Positions 1 to 12,275 of a stretch of DNA of 64,000 nucleotides are shown one piece after another. The position numbers and the translations under genes were made by a program. Below the pieces are notes generated by a model. That model saw only the letters and a program-made list of their open reading frames with translations. It searched no databases and had not been told where the DNA came from. Origin of the DNA: Spongospora subterranea f. sp. subterranea (taxonomy: Eukaryota); NCBI GenBank assembly GCA_049724395.1, contig JAUGWO010000115.1, forward strand, positions 1-64,000. The letters are read 5' to 3'. Position 1 is the first letter of the stretch, and each line of letters opens with the position of its first letter.

Positions 1-446
1 ATGGTACCTAATCCATAAAAGACCGGTGAACCTAAATAATAGCGGTATGATGTACCACAAATGTGACCTTTACATTGATCAGTACAAATTATCAACAAAG
101 GAGTACAGTTCAGCAACGCAAAATGTTAGAAATGATAATTCCAAACAGCAATTTATGATAAAACCATCGCTAGACAAAACGATGAGACACGATAAAAACA
201 TAAATCCGAAAAGGCACCGATCATGCGACGATTCCGACGACCAACCCACTCAACGTGCCAAATATGAAAAACATCAAACGCACTCTAAACAAATCTGCAC
301 AAAAAAGCGAACATTGCTGATAAGATAAGGACGGCACTGAAACGCAGTATAAAAGACGGCTTACCAACAGCGAGCGCCAATGCAAAGAAGTTGCAGACAA
401 TGAAACAGCGCGAAAAACAGCCTCAAAACAGACACCAACAAGCCAG

Positions 447-3400
447 ATGAGCCACTACGAACTCACCAAATTGATCGGAAATATACTAGAACCAGACAAC
501 AAGGAAGACAATATAGCAGACACATCGGACAAAAACCTGAACGGAACTAAAACACACAAACGGCAGATGAAAATAACTCAATATTTCATGAAAACCAATA
601 CCAAAACCAGAAAAATAAGAACAACCAGGAGCTTAAAAATCGCTCAATGGAACGCCTGCTCCCTAAGCGAACAAAAATCAAAAGAACTGTCTCGATTTGC
701 TAACACCAACCGCGTCGATGTAATATGTATATCAGAACTTCACCATAGACGCCAAGTAGACGATTTCCCAAACCACGAAGCCGATGACCGGTACACCCAA
801 GCTGGAATTTTTTGGAGGGACCATGTAAATGTAGATGTGATGCGCATTCCTGCAATACAAACGTTTGGGAACGACGGAATCATGACACAAATAGTAAAAA
901 TATATAGTGAAATGATATTAATTCACATATATATACCACCGGATATAGATCGAAATACTAGAAAAACATATTGGAAACAAATCGGCAAATTCGTAGAAAT
1001 GCGAGATGAACCGATACTTCTAACAGGTGACCTCAACACCAAAGATAGACGGTTTGGAATCCACCATGACGAAACTCACAAATACCTAGACAGCATATTG
1101 GAAGAATGCAAATTGATGAACAACCCGGAACGCCCAACAAGAGGAAACAACTCATTAGATATCACCATTGCCAATCGACAGATGGCAAAGGAGATCTTAC
1201 AATGGGACGTGCACGCAGAGCTAGGCAGTGACCATTCACCGACAACAATAGATACTACAATTAGAAGAAAATCGACGCAAAGGATTCCCCCTAGCCGTAA
1301 AAGAATACAGCGAATTGACACACGAGCGACAACGAAAGCGTTAGAAGAGGAACTGCAGAATGTTGAAAGCAAGAACATGGGACTAACAGCTTTCATTGAC
1401 CTATTGCAAAATAGCATTAAGCACAAATATGTTAGACAGAATAGATGCAAATTCTGGACCACGAAACTCAAAATTGCGTTAAACTTGCGAAATAAACTCA
1501 AGCGCAAACACCAGGAAGCCATACTGAAATGCAAAAGCCAGCAACTTATTGCACGGCAGCACACCGAAATGCGAAAAGCGGAAATATCATTGAGGAAACA
1601 ATTTCAGAAAGCGAAAAATGCAAGCCTTAGAACGGAAGTTAAACAGGCATGTATGGACGAAACAGGAGCCAAAATATGGAGCCTGGTAAAGAAGATAAGT
1701 CCTCAAACCAACAAACGGAGACGAAAGTACGAAACACAGAAAGTTGATGCAAAAGATGAAGCGGAAAAAATAGCTGACAGTTTTGAGGCAATCTACAGCG
1801 AAGCAGACCTTAACCTCAATGAGCATGAACAGCGTGAACACGATCTACTCATTGAAAAACTATGGAAAGAGAGAATCTCTCAACCACCGGAAAAGATTAC
1901 TTTGAGAGAGCTAGAAAGGGCAGTTGTTAAGGCCAATAGGAAATCAGCAGGAGGAATTGATGGAATACCGAATAGTCTCATCAAAGAATTATGCAAAAAT
2001 GATATGAACAAATACGCGTTGCTGAATTCAATTAATAACGATATTATAGATTTAGGATACTTCCCACAAGATATGAAAATAGCGAAAATCAGACCATTAC
2101 CTAAAGATAAACCAGGTGAATATAGACCGATATCATTATTGCCTAATATAGCCAAACTGGTAGAAGGGATTATTGAACACAGAATAAGACACCAAGCGGA
2201 AAAGCACATACCTGATAACCAATTCGGGTGCAGACCCGCTCATAGTACTACGCATGCATTGTTAAGATTGCTGCATAATGCAGGATTAGCAGCTGCTAAA
2301 GAACAACAATTCGCCCTAATTGTATATGACTTTATGAAAGCCTTTGACAGAGTACAGAGAACACTACTAGTACGAAAGATGAGAAATATGGGAATAGACT
2401 CATACCTAATATTATTGATCGACCAATGGTTGACAAAGCGAATATTCCACGTGTGCCACAGGAAAAATATTACAGAGCCGCATTATCAAGAGAACGGAAT
2501 CCCTCAAGGATCCAGTATTAGCGTCTTATTATGGATTATATATATCTACGATGCACCAATAGAAACGGTCAATAGTAATGTTTATGTAGATGATACCACA
2601 CAATGGGCAACAGATTCAACCAAATGGGAAGTAAAAAATCAACTGAGGGCAGAGAGTTCAAAGCTGCAAAGCTGGTGCACAGCAAACCACATTAAGATAC
2701 AATGGCTGAAAACCCACTTATTATTCAATGAACATGCTCATAGAGACCAAATAACTGTCAACGAGCATAAAATCAAAACAACAGACACAATCAAGTATTT
2801 AGGGGCAACCTTAAGAGCAAATGATGAGAATCACCACGCAACAATCAAAATCGATCTCAAAGAAGTAGCAAAGGACATTAAAACCAGATGCAAATTAATG
2901 AGAGGGCTACGAAAATATGGAATTCCAGTTTCGACCTTTCAAAAAATATGTCGAGGATTCATAGGCGGAAAACTCAATTACTACCTGCCATGGCTTGCAG
3001 CGGAAATACACCAAACCATGAAGACCACTCTGAACCCGATGGAAATTGCATATAGAGACTATATGAGAACATATACAGGATGTTTCCCATCGACACCAAT
3101 CCCATTATTACATGCGATATCACGATTCCCATTATTAAAGGATAGAATAATTACAGAGACAACAATGACAGTACTTTCAGCACAGGCAAATGGCACATTA
3201 TTAGGAAGTGAATATGCTGCCTGGAATGGAGATGGCGATGGATGGACCCCATTAGGGGAGGTATGGGAAGCACTCAAAGAGAGAGTACCTGACACATATG
3301 ATGCAGTTCATACTAGGACTGATATACCAGCACGAATATTGGAGGGATTATATAAGGTCAAATACCATTCCTCAAATAGGGAAAAAGCAATCAAAAAACA

Positions 3401-4362
3401 CAAAAAAGGAAAGCTATTGCCGACAAACCCAGATATCGAACTATGGACAGATGGGAGTTTTAATAAGGATGTTGGCGGAGGAGCGGCAGCTCTGCTAATT
3501 GATTATACAAATAGAGATGAAAAAGGCGAGACCAACGAAGACATAATTACCGTTAAACTAGGAACAGAAGTGACATCATCATATGAATGTGAGATTATTG
3601 CACTGAATAGTGGACTAGATATAGCTGTAGACCAGAACTATGAGGGAAGACATATCCACATAATGACAGATTCCTTATCATGGATGAGTCAACTACAATC
3701 CTTACCGATAAAACCAAGGAGAGTGAACGCTATCGTTGCGGAATGTGCAGATAAATTAGCGAAATTAACAAAAGAAAACATGGTGGATATACACTTTATA
3801 CCAAGTCACGTGGAAAACGACAACAATAATGAAGACGAGATGAAAGTCCCCATAGGACACAGCGATGACATTGATCAACTAGCAAAGCAAGCATCGATGG
3901 ACGGCGATGAAATTCAACATGACCCATTTATATCATCGTTCAAACTGCATCTTAAAAAGAGAGAGAGAAAACCTTAAAGATTACATCAAAGAACGAGTTC
4001 AAGCTAGCAGATTCAAAGGATACCCAGAAAGGGATAAATTTAAGATATTAATGACGCTAAACGAAAGGAAGATTGAACCTACAACCCCGCTTCTCAACAG
4101 AGCAAGAACTGGGCACTCTTGTGCAAGAAATCACCTGAAGAACCTGAATATGGATGACAGTAACATATGCAGATGGTGTAATACGGAAATAGAGACGATT
4201 GAACATCAGGTGTTACACTGCAAGGCGTTACAAGGAAAGTTGAGTAAAGTCAGGAAAGAGTACAAAGGTTTGAACACCTCATCATTTGAAAATGCACTGT
4301 GGGAATACCCGCAAGAAATGAACAGGATCCTAAGAAGGGCAGTGAAGAGGTGCTACATCTAG
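447..4362 (+). CDS. LINE polyprotein split by a frameshift in a (GA)n run near 3958-3970
   Basis: 1176-aa ORF 447-3977 continues in the +1 frame (ENLKDY...CRWCNTEIETIEHQVLHC); adding one GA unit joins the two. Confidence 0.88.
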
Positions 4363-4449
4363 AACCACAGGAACCCGAATCCGAATACACGAGCAGAAAA
4401 TGCACTGTGGAATACCCGCAAGAAATGAACAGGATCCTAAGAAGGGCAG
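4288..4449 (+). repeat. About 55-bp direct duplication of the LINE ORF end (4288-4342 and 4396-4449)
   Basis: gaaaatgcactgtgg(g)aatacccgcaagaaatgaacaggatcctaagaagggcag occurs twice, differing by one G. Confidence 0.95.
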
Positions 4450-4920
4450 ACGGCGATCGAGACAGTGTAAGAGAGGAGGCAGCCTAGATAAATATTTTCC
4501 GAAGAGGAGTAAAACCTCGATAAAAAATCAGCTACCTAACCGTAGCGAAGAGGTGCTACCTCTCTAAATACAGGCCGAAGAGGAGGACAACCTCTATGCA
4601 AAAACCGAGCTGTCTAGTAAGGATGCGACCTGGTTAGGCCAAAGGGTGTTCCTTAGGGAATTTTTAGTGTCCCGGATACAGAGTTTTCCGGGTACGTTTT
4701 TTAGTTGGGACGGAATATGTAGGACTATTCTAACCCCACACTACCCTTTGCGTCGACCAAAATGCTGAACTACCGGCGAAGGTCTATATTTCGGGTGCGA
4801 GCCTGATACTGGGAGGAGCTTCTGAGACGCGAGTCGAAGAAACGAATCTTGGCCCAATAGCCGTGGGACCGGCCGACCTGCATGAAAAGTGCAAACTCAA
4901 TCACAAAAAAAAAAAAAAAA

Positions 4921-6370
4921 ACTGATGGGGGATCTGCGTATCCAGGTGCTGCATCGACAGCCGGTATGCTTCACATTCTATGCAGTTATCACTTCCAACA
5001 AGAAGTATTTTGTCCTGTGGCGGTCTCGGCTCAATGTCAGACCTCTTTAAAAAGGATGCGATGGCACTTATATATTCGTCATTTTCGACTGAGGAACATT
5101 TCTCTGAATATTACAAGTCGTGCATTGATCGAAATGCTTCATATGCATCTGCCTCCAGTTGCCTGCACAATATATTGAAGTCAAAAACCAAGGTTTGCAG
5201 ATTGTTCACTGGTAAGTTTGATGATATATGTTAAGGATTTGTCGCAAAGCATGACGAATTTGATAATGTACAGGGCGGGCCTTCACTTGCAGTCAAGTTG
5301 CGTCACAACGGGAGAGAGTGTGAATTCCATCATAAAAAAGAGAAGGGCGTTAAAAAAAAGGAGCTGCGTTCGTTTAATCTGTATCAGTTATGGCAGCATT
5401 TGAGCAACCATTTCAACAGAATGGAAGCCCGATCGCTCGACATAATCTGCGACCTTATCCGCAGCAAAAAGAAATGGAGCACGTTCGTCGACAACATGTG
5501 GCAAGAACAATATCGCAAAGCTGTCGATCTTCCGCTGGCGGAATTGGCCGTTGATTGTGATTTTGATTGGCGAGTGCTTTCCTCGGACCAGACTGTATCA
5601 CATTTGGTGGTACTTGAAGATGATCGCCTGGGGGGCATTCCATCCTGCAACTGTGCTTGTTTTATTTCTAGCCTAGTTCCTTGTGCTGGCATCTGCGTTG
5701 TTTTCAGCCGCATCGATGCAAGTCTATTTCATGAGGCAAATCTTCACCGACGCTGGCGTCTGGAATATCATCCACTGTACACGAAAGCTTTAGAGAAGTT
5801 AAACTTGATTCATCCCAAAGGAACTGAGGAACCTTCCCCAGAAACAATGGTTCCGGATATTCGCAATCACATCTTGATATTACCGCATATCAGAGTGTCC
5901 TGTATCCTGCCAAGGCAGACGTTCGATATTCTAAGATTAATAATTTATGGAAATCAATCGAACCATATGCGATTAGCAACGAGCATACATACCGGTTGCT
6001 CACTGTGAATCTGCTGGAATTTCGCAACAGTTTGCATGGCGATGGAAGGGCAGCCTTTCTTCAACCTGAACATGTACCTGCAGTGGCGTCTCTAAGTGTT
6101 CCAGTGCTACCCCCTAGTAAAAGAGGCAGGGGTTCGGATGATATCAACAGGTACTGTATGGGCTTGTATAAGAGACCAGAAAACGCAAACAATGTTGCTG
6201 TATTTAAGTGGTTGATTTTCAACAGATCATCTTTAAGTCGGCGTAAGAATGGCAAATGTTCGGCGTGCGTCAAGGCTGGTGCTGTTCCAGTCGACAATCA
6301 TCGGGCGGGTAGTAGTAAATGCCCATTACGAGCCCCGTGTGCATCTTTAACATCTATTGTTCTGGAATAA
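4921..6370 (+). pseudogene. MULE (Mutator-like) transposase, 3' part, interrupted by the LINE
   Basis: TDGGSAYP...HILCSYH (second catalytic D plus CxxH), TT.GES (third catalytic E), SWIM-like CNC..PCAG, C-terminal CxxC..H..C; introns and frameshifts. Confidence 0.85.
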
Positions 6371-6705
6371 AAATGTGGTTGATCAAATCGACAAAATTCT
6401 ACAGAACGCGTAAATTATTTTGAGAGATCCAACACGAAATCAAATGTAAAGAACTGAGAGCCAATCTCATTGGTGGAGGGTTCAATTATGCGTTAGACTT
6501 TAGACTCATAGCTGTAGTTCTCGCCGGGAAAATATTCATCGTTGTTGAGATGGTTGCCAGACTTCCTCCAACCTTCTACCGGTACAGTCACTCACTAATT
6601 ATCACTAATTTGTGACTGTACATAAGGTTTTGGAGTGGAGAGACTGGCAATCTCTCCCCGCGGGGAGAGAAGACACCACCGCACTCCGTGACCCACACTC
6701 TGTCC

Positions 6706-9089
6706 GGAAGTGTCTTTTGTCCACGCGTGGACAGTCCACCCAAAAATAAGTGCCCCAGTGGACTAACTTAGTTATATACACAGACCCAACAAAGGTAATA
6801 GGTTCTTCAGCGAAGTCAATACTGTATCAGATTCTGGCCCACTCAGCTACAAAAATACGATGGCAATGGCGTTAAAGTTTTACTAAATGTATCGAACTTG
6901 TCAATTGCATCGTCATACTTTCGTCGCTTTGAAAAACAATTCATACGAGAGCATAATGCACCAACCAAACGAAAGAGCTACACGAAGATCAATGACCTTT
7001 TCAAAACAATCGAACTGATCGCAATGACCATTTTATAGGTTGTTGACTTTGAATCTACTGGCGGTTTCAGAAGCAACAAGAGTGTGCGTTGATAACAGAT
7101 GGATTATAGAAAAAAATTTATTCGACCGTCGGTATCTGAGCGTTTAAAGACGGACACTTGGAACTCCTAGCTCTGTGATTATCGGTCGGCATCAAACCGG
7201 CCTTGATGCACGCTGAACACAACCTCTTGCGAGACGACAACAATGACCTGTTTACATCGTCGCCACCCCCTGTTTTTCTTGGTGGCAGAACTGGGACTTG
7301 CAAAGGCTTGTCTGTGTTGTCCGCTTCAGGTTCTGGCAGGATAAATTCACTGCTCCCTTCCCCATGAAGACTTTGCTTGAACGCCAGCAGATTCAGCGTC
7401 AACAATTTGTAGTAGTGATCATTGCTAATTGCGATTGGCTCGATGGTTTTGAAGAGATTGTTGAGCTTCGTGTACCGAAGATCCCGCTTCGTTGGTACCA
7501 TTATGCACTGGTATGCTGTCATATTGAGGTGATGCTGTGCACTACACGGAATACCAGTTTGATGGAGATCAGGGGATTCGAGAGTGGCAACCGATCTTAG
7601 ATTTAATTTTGCCAGAGCTTTATCAAACAGAGGGTGAGAGCTAATTCTCCAGCGAGGATGCAAATTGGACACATGAAAGAGCTGCCTTCCTGGCAAACGG
7701 CAAAGCGCAGCACATATTCCAGCGCAGGGAATCAAACTCGACGAGAAATCTTGACACGAGCATGTGGGAATCTGTGCAGGCCCATCGAGGGACAGATCGA
7801 TGACGTGACAAAGACTTTGATCAGGTGACGATGACGCATACCATAGATCATTCGTGTCGGGCATCAAACCCACAAATGGAAGTTTTGCAGCTTCTTGGTA
7901 ACTGTCTTGCCACATGTGATCAACGTACTTACTCCATTTTCTTGAGTTTCTGATAAGATCACATAATACATCTAACGAACTCGCCTCCATTCTGTTGAAC
8001 TGATTCAAAAGGTGCTCCCACAGTTGCAACAGGTTGAACCCGCGAAGTTCTTTCTTCTTGACTCCTTTCTCTTTAATAGACGAATTAACACTCTCTCCAC
8101 GCTGGGTTGTCATGTGATTACAGGTAAAAATGCGACCTACAAAAGGTTAGCAAATTTGTTCACTCAAAGTAACTCAAAATTACCAGTGAATGTCCTGCAA
8201 ACTTTTTCCTTGAATTTGACAATCTTATTGATACATTCGACTGCAGCTGAATGCACCGCAAACTTATTCAAGCACATATTAACATGCTTTTCAAAATCTG
8301 CAGCATTTCTCGAATCTAAAAAACACCGCATTCAGCGGCGCCAAGGGTATTGGCGAGGATATATATTTGAAACCTTGCTTAGTGGCAAATTGTATCGCGA
8401 TAGCAGGTGAATCATCTCACGCTCTTCCATTTTCAAGTTGGATAAAAGATTAATTTGATGTAAGCCTCCAACTGGCGTGATCAACGCATTATTGATAATG
8501 TGGTTGTGATCCATGCATCTGTGATTGATGACATAGTCCCCTGCCTTTCGATCGAATGTCAGATTGACATACCAACTGCAAGTGGATTTTAGTCGTTTCT
8601 CTTTCGGTGATCCTTGATCCCTATAGTTGCAATAGATTTTGGCGCGCTGCCAAATTTTGGATCCAGCTCCTTGTATTGGATGGGGATTAAGCACCGAAAA
8701 TGGATGCGAGTTACATGCGACGACGAACCTAGAAATGAAGGAGGCTAAGCAGCGAAACAGGGTGCGAATTACACCCAAACACAAACCCGTTAGCAAGAGC
8801 GAACTCGCGTGCATGTTGAACAATTATATCAGCGATAAGAAATGGCTGTTCACCGCCGACACTTCGGATTCGATTGACATGTGGAGCTCGTTTGTGGAAA
8901 ATAGTTAACAACGCGGGTCGTCTAAATATTGATTTAAAGGAGGGCACTCCATCGAGTCTACTGTACTACTGTGCCGCGCCGCGTGTAACTAATGAAGAGT
9001 GTATATGACTAAGTTAGTCCACTGGGGCACTTATTTTTGGGTGGACTGTCCACGCGTGGATAGTCCACGCGTGGACAAAAGACACTTCC
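6706..9089 (-). mobile_element. TIR-bounded MULE deletion derivative
   Basis: About 75-bp inverted termini (ggaagtgtcttttgtccacgcgtggac... / ...gtccacgcgtggacaaaagacacttcc); FAR1-like N-terminal piece 8332-8823 (CSW...HNH); SWIM and knuckle ORF 7118-8113 paralogous to 5298-6370; first two catalytic D motifs not found; no TSD found. Confidence 0.88.
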
Positions 9090-10275
9090 GAATAATAGGA
9101 TATCCTAAAACCCTATTAGTGTTAATAACACTAATATGGAACTAACACTAATAATAGGATATCCTATTCAGTGTGAATAACACTAATAAAATCTGCACTT
9201 AGTGTTATACCGTGGGAACTGTACACATACATCTGATCAGTGGGGGCTGTACAGCTTCCATCGCCAAGCACGTCATCAATTTCAAAATCGTTACCAATAA
9301 TATTGCCGCTGGCGTAGGTCACTTCGTGTAACGCTGACATTTTATCTTGTTGGGAAATGGTTGACGGCGTTAGAGCATCCCCACAGCGCAAGGCGTAAAC
9401 CTCAGTGTCCAATTTTGAAAACAACCATTTTGTTAGGTTGAACACAAACTTTTTTAAAAACCTGCGAGGAAAACATGCGCAGCCCTATCGAAAATCAGCG
9501 ATCATCCCTCAGCGTAAACCCCTGTAACATTAAATAGGAACTAACACTATTCAGGTTATAAGTAACACTAAATACGGTAACCGGTGTAGTGATCCACCAC
9601 AACGATTACATTAATTTGCACAGATAACGGCAAAAAATATCATTCGACGTTTCATATAGTCAAGTGATCGTGTCGAAAAATAAGTATCAACGAGAGCATC
9701 CAGCAGTCTTCATGAGGGTCATATGATCCACTGAATGCGTCTTAACGGTGAAAATGATTCCACCCATATTCCCATTTTGCTGTGGGCCTTCTGAAGATGG
9801 ATACAGAGGATTCTACTGGCGATGGAGTATTGACGGTGCCTATATTGTAGTAGTATTTGTAAGACCTCCAAGACTGACATTTGTTCACGACTCCCCACAA
9901 TGAATCCATACAAAATTGAAACGGATATTCCGAAAATGGTGATTAAGACATTCTCGTCCGGTTCAGGTTATCGCAATTGCGGTCCGTTGTCTTTTTTTGG
10001 ATTTCTTCCAACCATGTCAGGATCGGGTGGTGAACTGGATCAACACCCATTCTTTATTGAAAGCCAGCGTCCTCTATATATGACAAAGATAATGACAACA
10101 AGCGGCAATCGTTATGAAAGACAGGTTTGATCATATTGCGAATGATGAACAAGGTCCAAAGAAAGGTAATCTCAATCAATGATTTCAAGTGAGCGACTAT
10201 TTTGCATGACTCACCTCCCGTAGATTCGTAGATAAAGTGATTGCCGTCCATCCGCTTCCTAGTTAGAGCTGATTT

Positions 10276-11922
10276 ATGACAATGAGGTTGACCGATATTG
10301 TATTTTTTGTCATCTTCTCGTGGTCATCGGCTGCACCTTGTCTTGAGATTGGGGTTCATGTTGTGAATGACGCCCTGATCTACCGCCGTCTGGGCGGCCG
10401 GGTCGAACAGGTTGCTCGTGATCTCATTGCCGAAACCTCAAACATGTTCATCAACTCTGATGCTCCTGGAGTACAATGTTTACGTCTTCGGTTTACTGGT
10501 ATCTGCAATTCGATGTTGCAAGTACCTCGGAATGAGTTTATTTCTGATTTATGATCAACACAAATACTTTCTGATTTAGGGTTTGGTTTATGCAGACAAA
10601 CAGGATGTCTGACGTTTGCCTTTGTGATTTGGATTAGGTCAAACGACATTGACGGAATTTGGCCCGTTGTCATATCAAACATGTGATGGCAACTGCGGCG
10701 AAGGCGCCACAAAGTCCTCCGTTGACCCAATGCGCCTATTGGATGATTTCACGACCTTCGCACGACAACGCCCTCCAATGTCGGGATTAACGCTGTTGCT
10801 GACGGGTGCTGCATTTCCGGGGTCGTCAAGAGGTTTATCGAACCAGGCAACGTTGTGCACGGTGAACGCCCTTGGAACGGTCAGTGTCCAAACGGGATCC
10901 TCGCTTCATCATGCACAGCTCATCGCGCACGAGATCGGGCACATATCGTCGATGACGCATACAAAAAATGCCAAGTCAATTATGATTGACCGTTCGTCTC
11001 CCTTTTCACTGCCAACAACTTTCGCACCAGATGATTTGAGAAAGGTGACGTCGTCAGGAGAATGTCCAGTTCCGAACGAAACCGCCTCCCAATGCGGTAA
11101 TGGACTTGTTGATGACGGTGAAGAATGTGATCCAGGAATGAATGATGACGCGTGCTGCGATCGATGCCGACTGGCCAACGGTTGTCAATGCGCTCAATCG
11201 GATGCGTGCTGCATCGATGGGCGAATTGCGCCAGCAGGTCAACGGTGTCGTCCTGCGCAAGAGAGTATTTGTGATCGCGAGGAGTTCTGTGATGGTGTCG
11301 ATCGCCGCTGTCCTGCCGATGATTTCGCCCCGGTCGGTACACCGTGTATTGATGTAAACGGCAGTGCATCCCAGTGTTTTGACGGGCAATGTGCTCTATC
11401 TCCTGATTCGCAATGTCGTAATACGGGTTTGCAACATTTGATGTTCTCGTGCCCGACAAAACTCTGCAATGTAAGTCAATTACAGAACTTGATGTTGACT
11501 TATATTGTTAATCTACATTGCAGAGATTATACTGTTCAGCAACGGCTGAGCCAACCCGCCAAGATTGTTCTGCGTTCGTGGAAAGGAACGTGGCCGATGG
11601 CACCGTTTGTGGTACCGATCACATTTGCATGGATGGATCGTGTGTCGCCGCTGATGACGTCAATGACGAATTAGTAGCTGAATCGCGAGCGCGGCGAGAG
11701 CAAAAATTTCAATGGGATGTATCGCCTTGGAGCGAATGCAGACAGCATGGAGCCAAGTGCATCCAGACACGGCAAGTCGTTTGCCACAATGACGATCAAC
11801 AATGCAGTCACGATCGCCCTAGCGCCCAGAGGCGCTGTCTCTGCGACCTCACCTCCACGTCGTCATCGTTCATTTCCCATATCGGGGTCATTATGGTCGC
11901 TTTGACTTGGGTCGTACTTTGA
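10276..11922 (+). CDS. Secreted or GPI-anchored ADAM-type (M12B) metalloprotease with disintegrin, Cys-rich and TSP1-like domains, spliced
   Basis: Signal-like N-terminus; HEIGHISSMTH plus SIM Met-turn; CGNGLVDDGEECDPG and CDREEFCDG...CP disintegrin; VADGTVCG; WDVSPWSEC; hydrophobic tail; intron 11471-11523. Confidence 0.88.
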
Positions 11923-11960
11923 GAATATATATTTATAACTATTTGAAATTTTCGTAATTA

Positions 11961-12275
11961 TTAGATAAACAAGTTGTTTTTTTGCGTCAGAGTACCCGAG
12001 CCGTTTTCTGTAGCGCCATGGGCATTACTTAAAGTGTTCAGTAGGTTAATGAGATTCATGAAGGGTAATCTTACAATGTCGACTCTTGATATCGTTATGA
12101 AAGGATCTGACGGAACTGGATCATCGGGATTCCTGAGCGAATTCAGGGCGACGGACCGGGCCCGTCGTCGCATTTCCTCGAGGCGTTTGACCTCGTCTTT
12201 TTTGTTATCATTCATGTCTCGTCCAACCCATCCCAGCACAAAAGCAACCGGACCTGACAGAATGAATACTGGCAC
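11961..12275 (-). CDS. Small hypothetical protein with one hydrophobic segment and a charged helix
   Basis: ORF composition only; start and exon structure unclear. Confidence 0.25.
   Translation of the reverse strand: MPVFILSGPVAFVLGWVGRDMNDNKKDEVKRLEEMRRRARSVALNSLRNPDDPVPSDPFITISRVDIVRLPFMNLINLLNTLSNAHGATENGSGTLTQKNNLFI

Larger units (their letters stand above)
447..4920 (+). mobile_element. Non-LTR retrotransposon (LINE, I/Ingi-like): APE-RT-RNase H-CCHC ORF, 3' UTR and poly(A) tail; 5' end may lie before the window
   Basis: APE motifs (AQWNACSL, ICISE, GDLN, SDH), RT motifs (YRPISLL, QFGCR, DFMKAFD, GIPQGS, YVDD, KYLG), RNase H motifs (WTDGS, ECE, TDS, FIPSH), CxxC..H..C knuckle in 3907-4362, poly(A) at 4905-4920. 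Confidence 0.95.

Noticed and set aside
26..328. LINE ORF1
   Set aside because: Short, no gag-like or RRM motif, and cut by the window edge; cannot be assigned.
4795..4850. Hammerhead ribozyme in the LINE 3' UTR
   Set aside because: ctgaga...gaagaaac does not give a CUGANGA/GAAA core with stems I and III.
9719..10251. Ulp1-like protease remnant (NCGP)
   Set aside because: A single short motif is not enough support.
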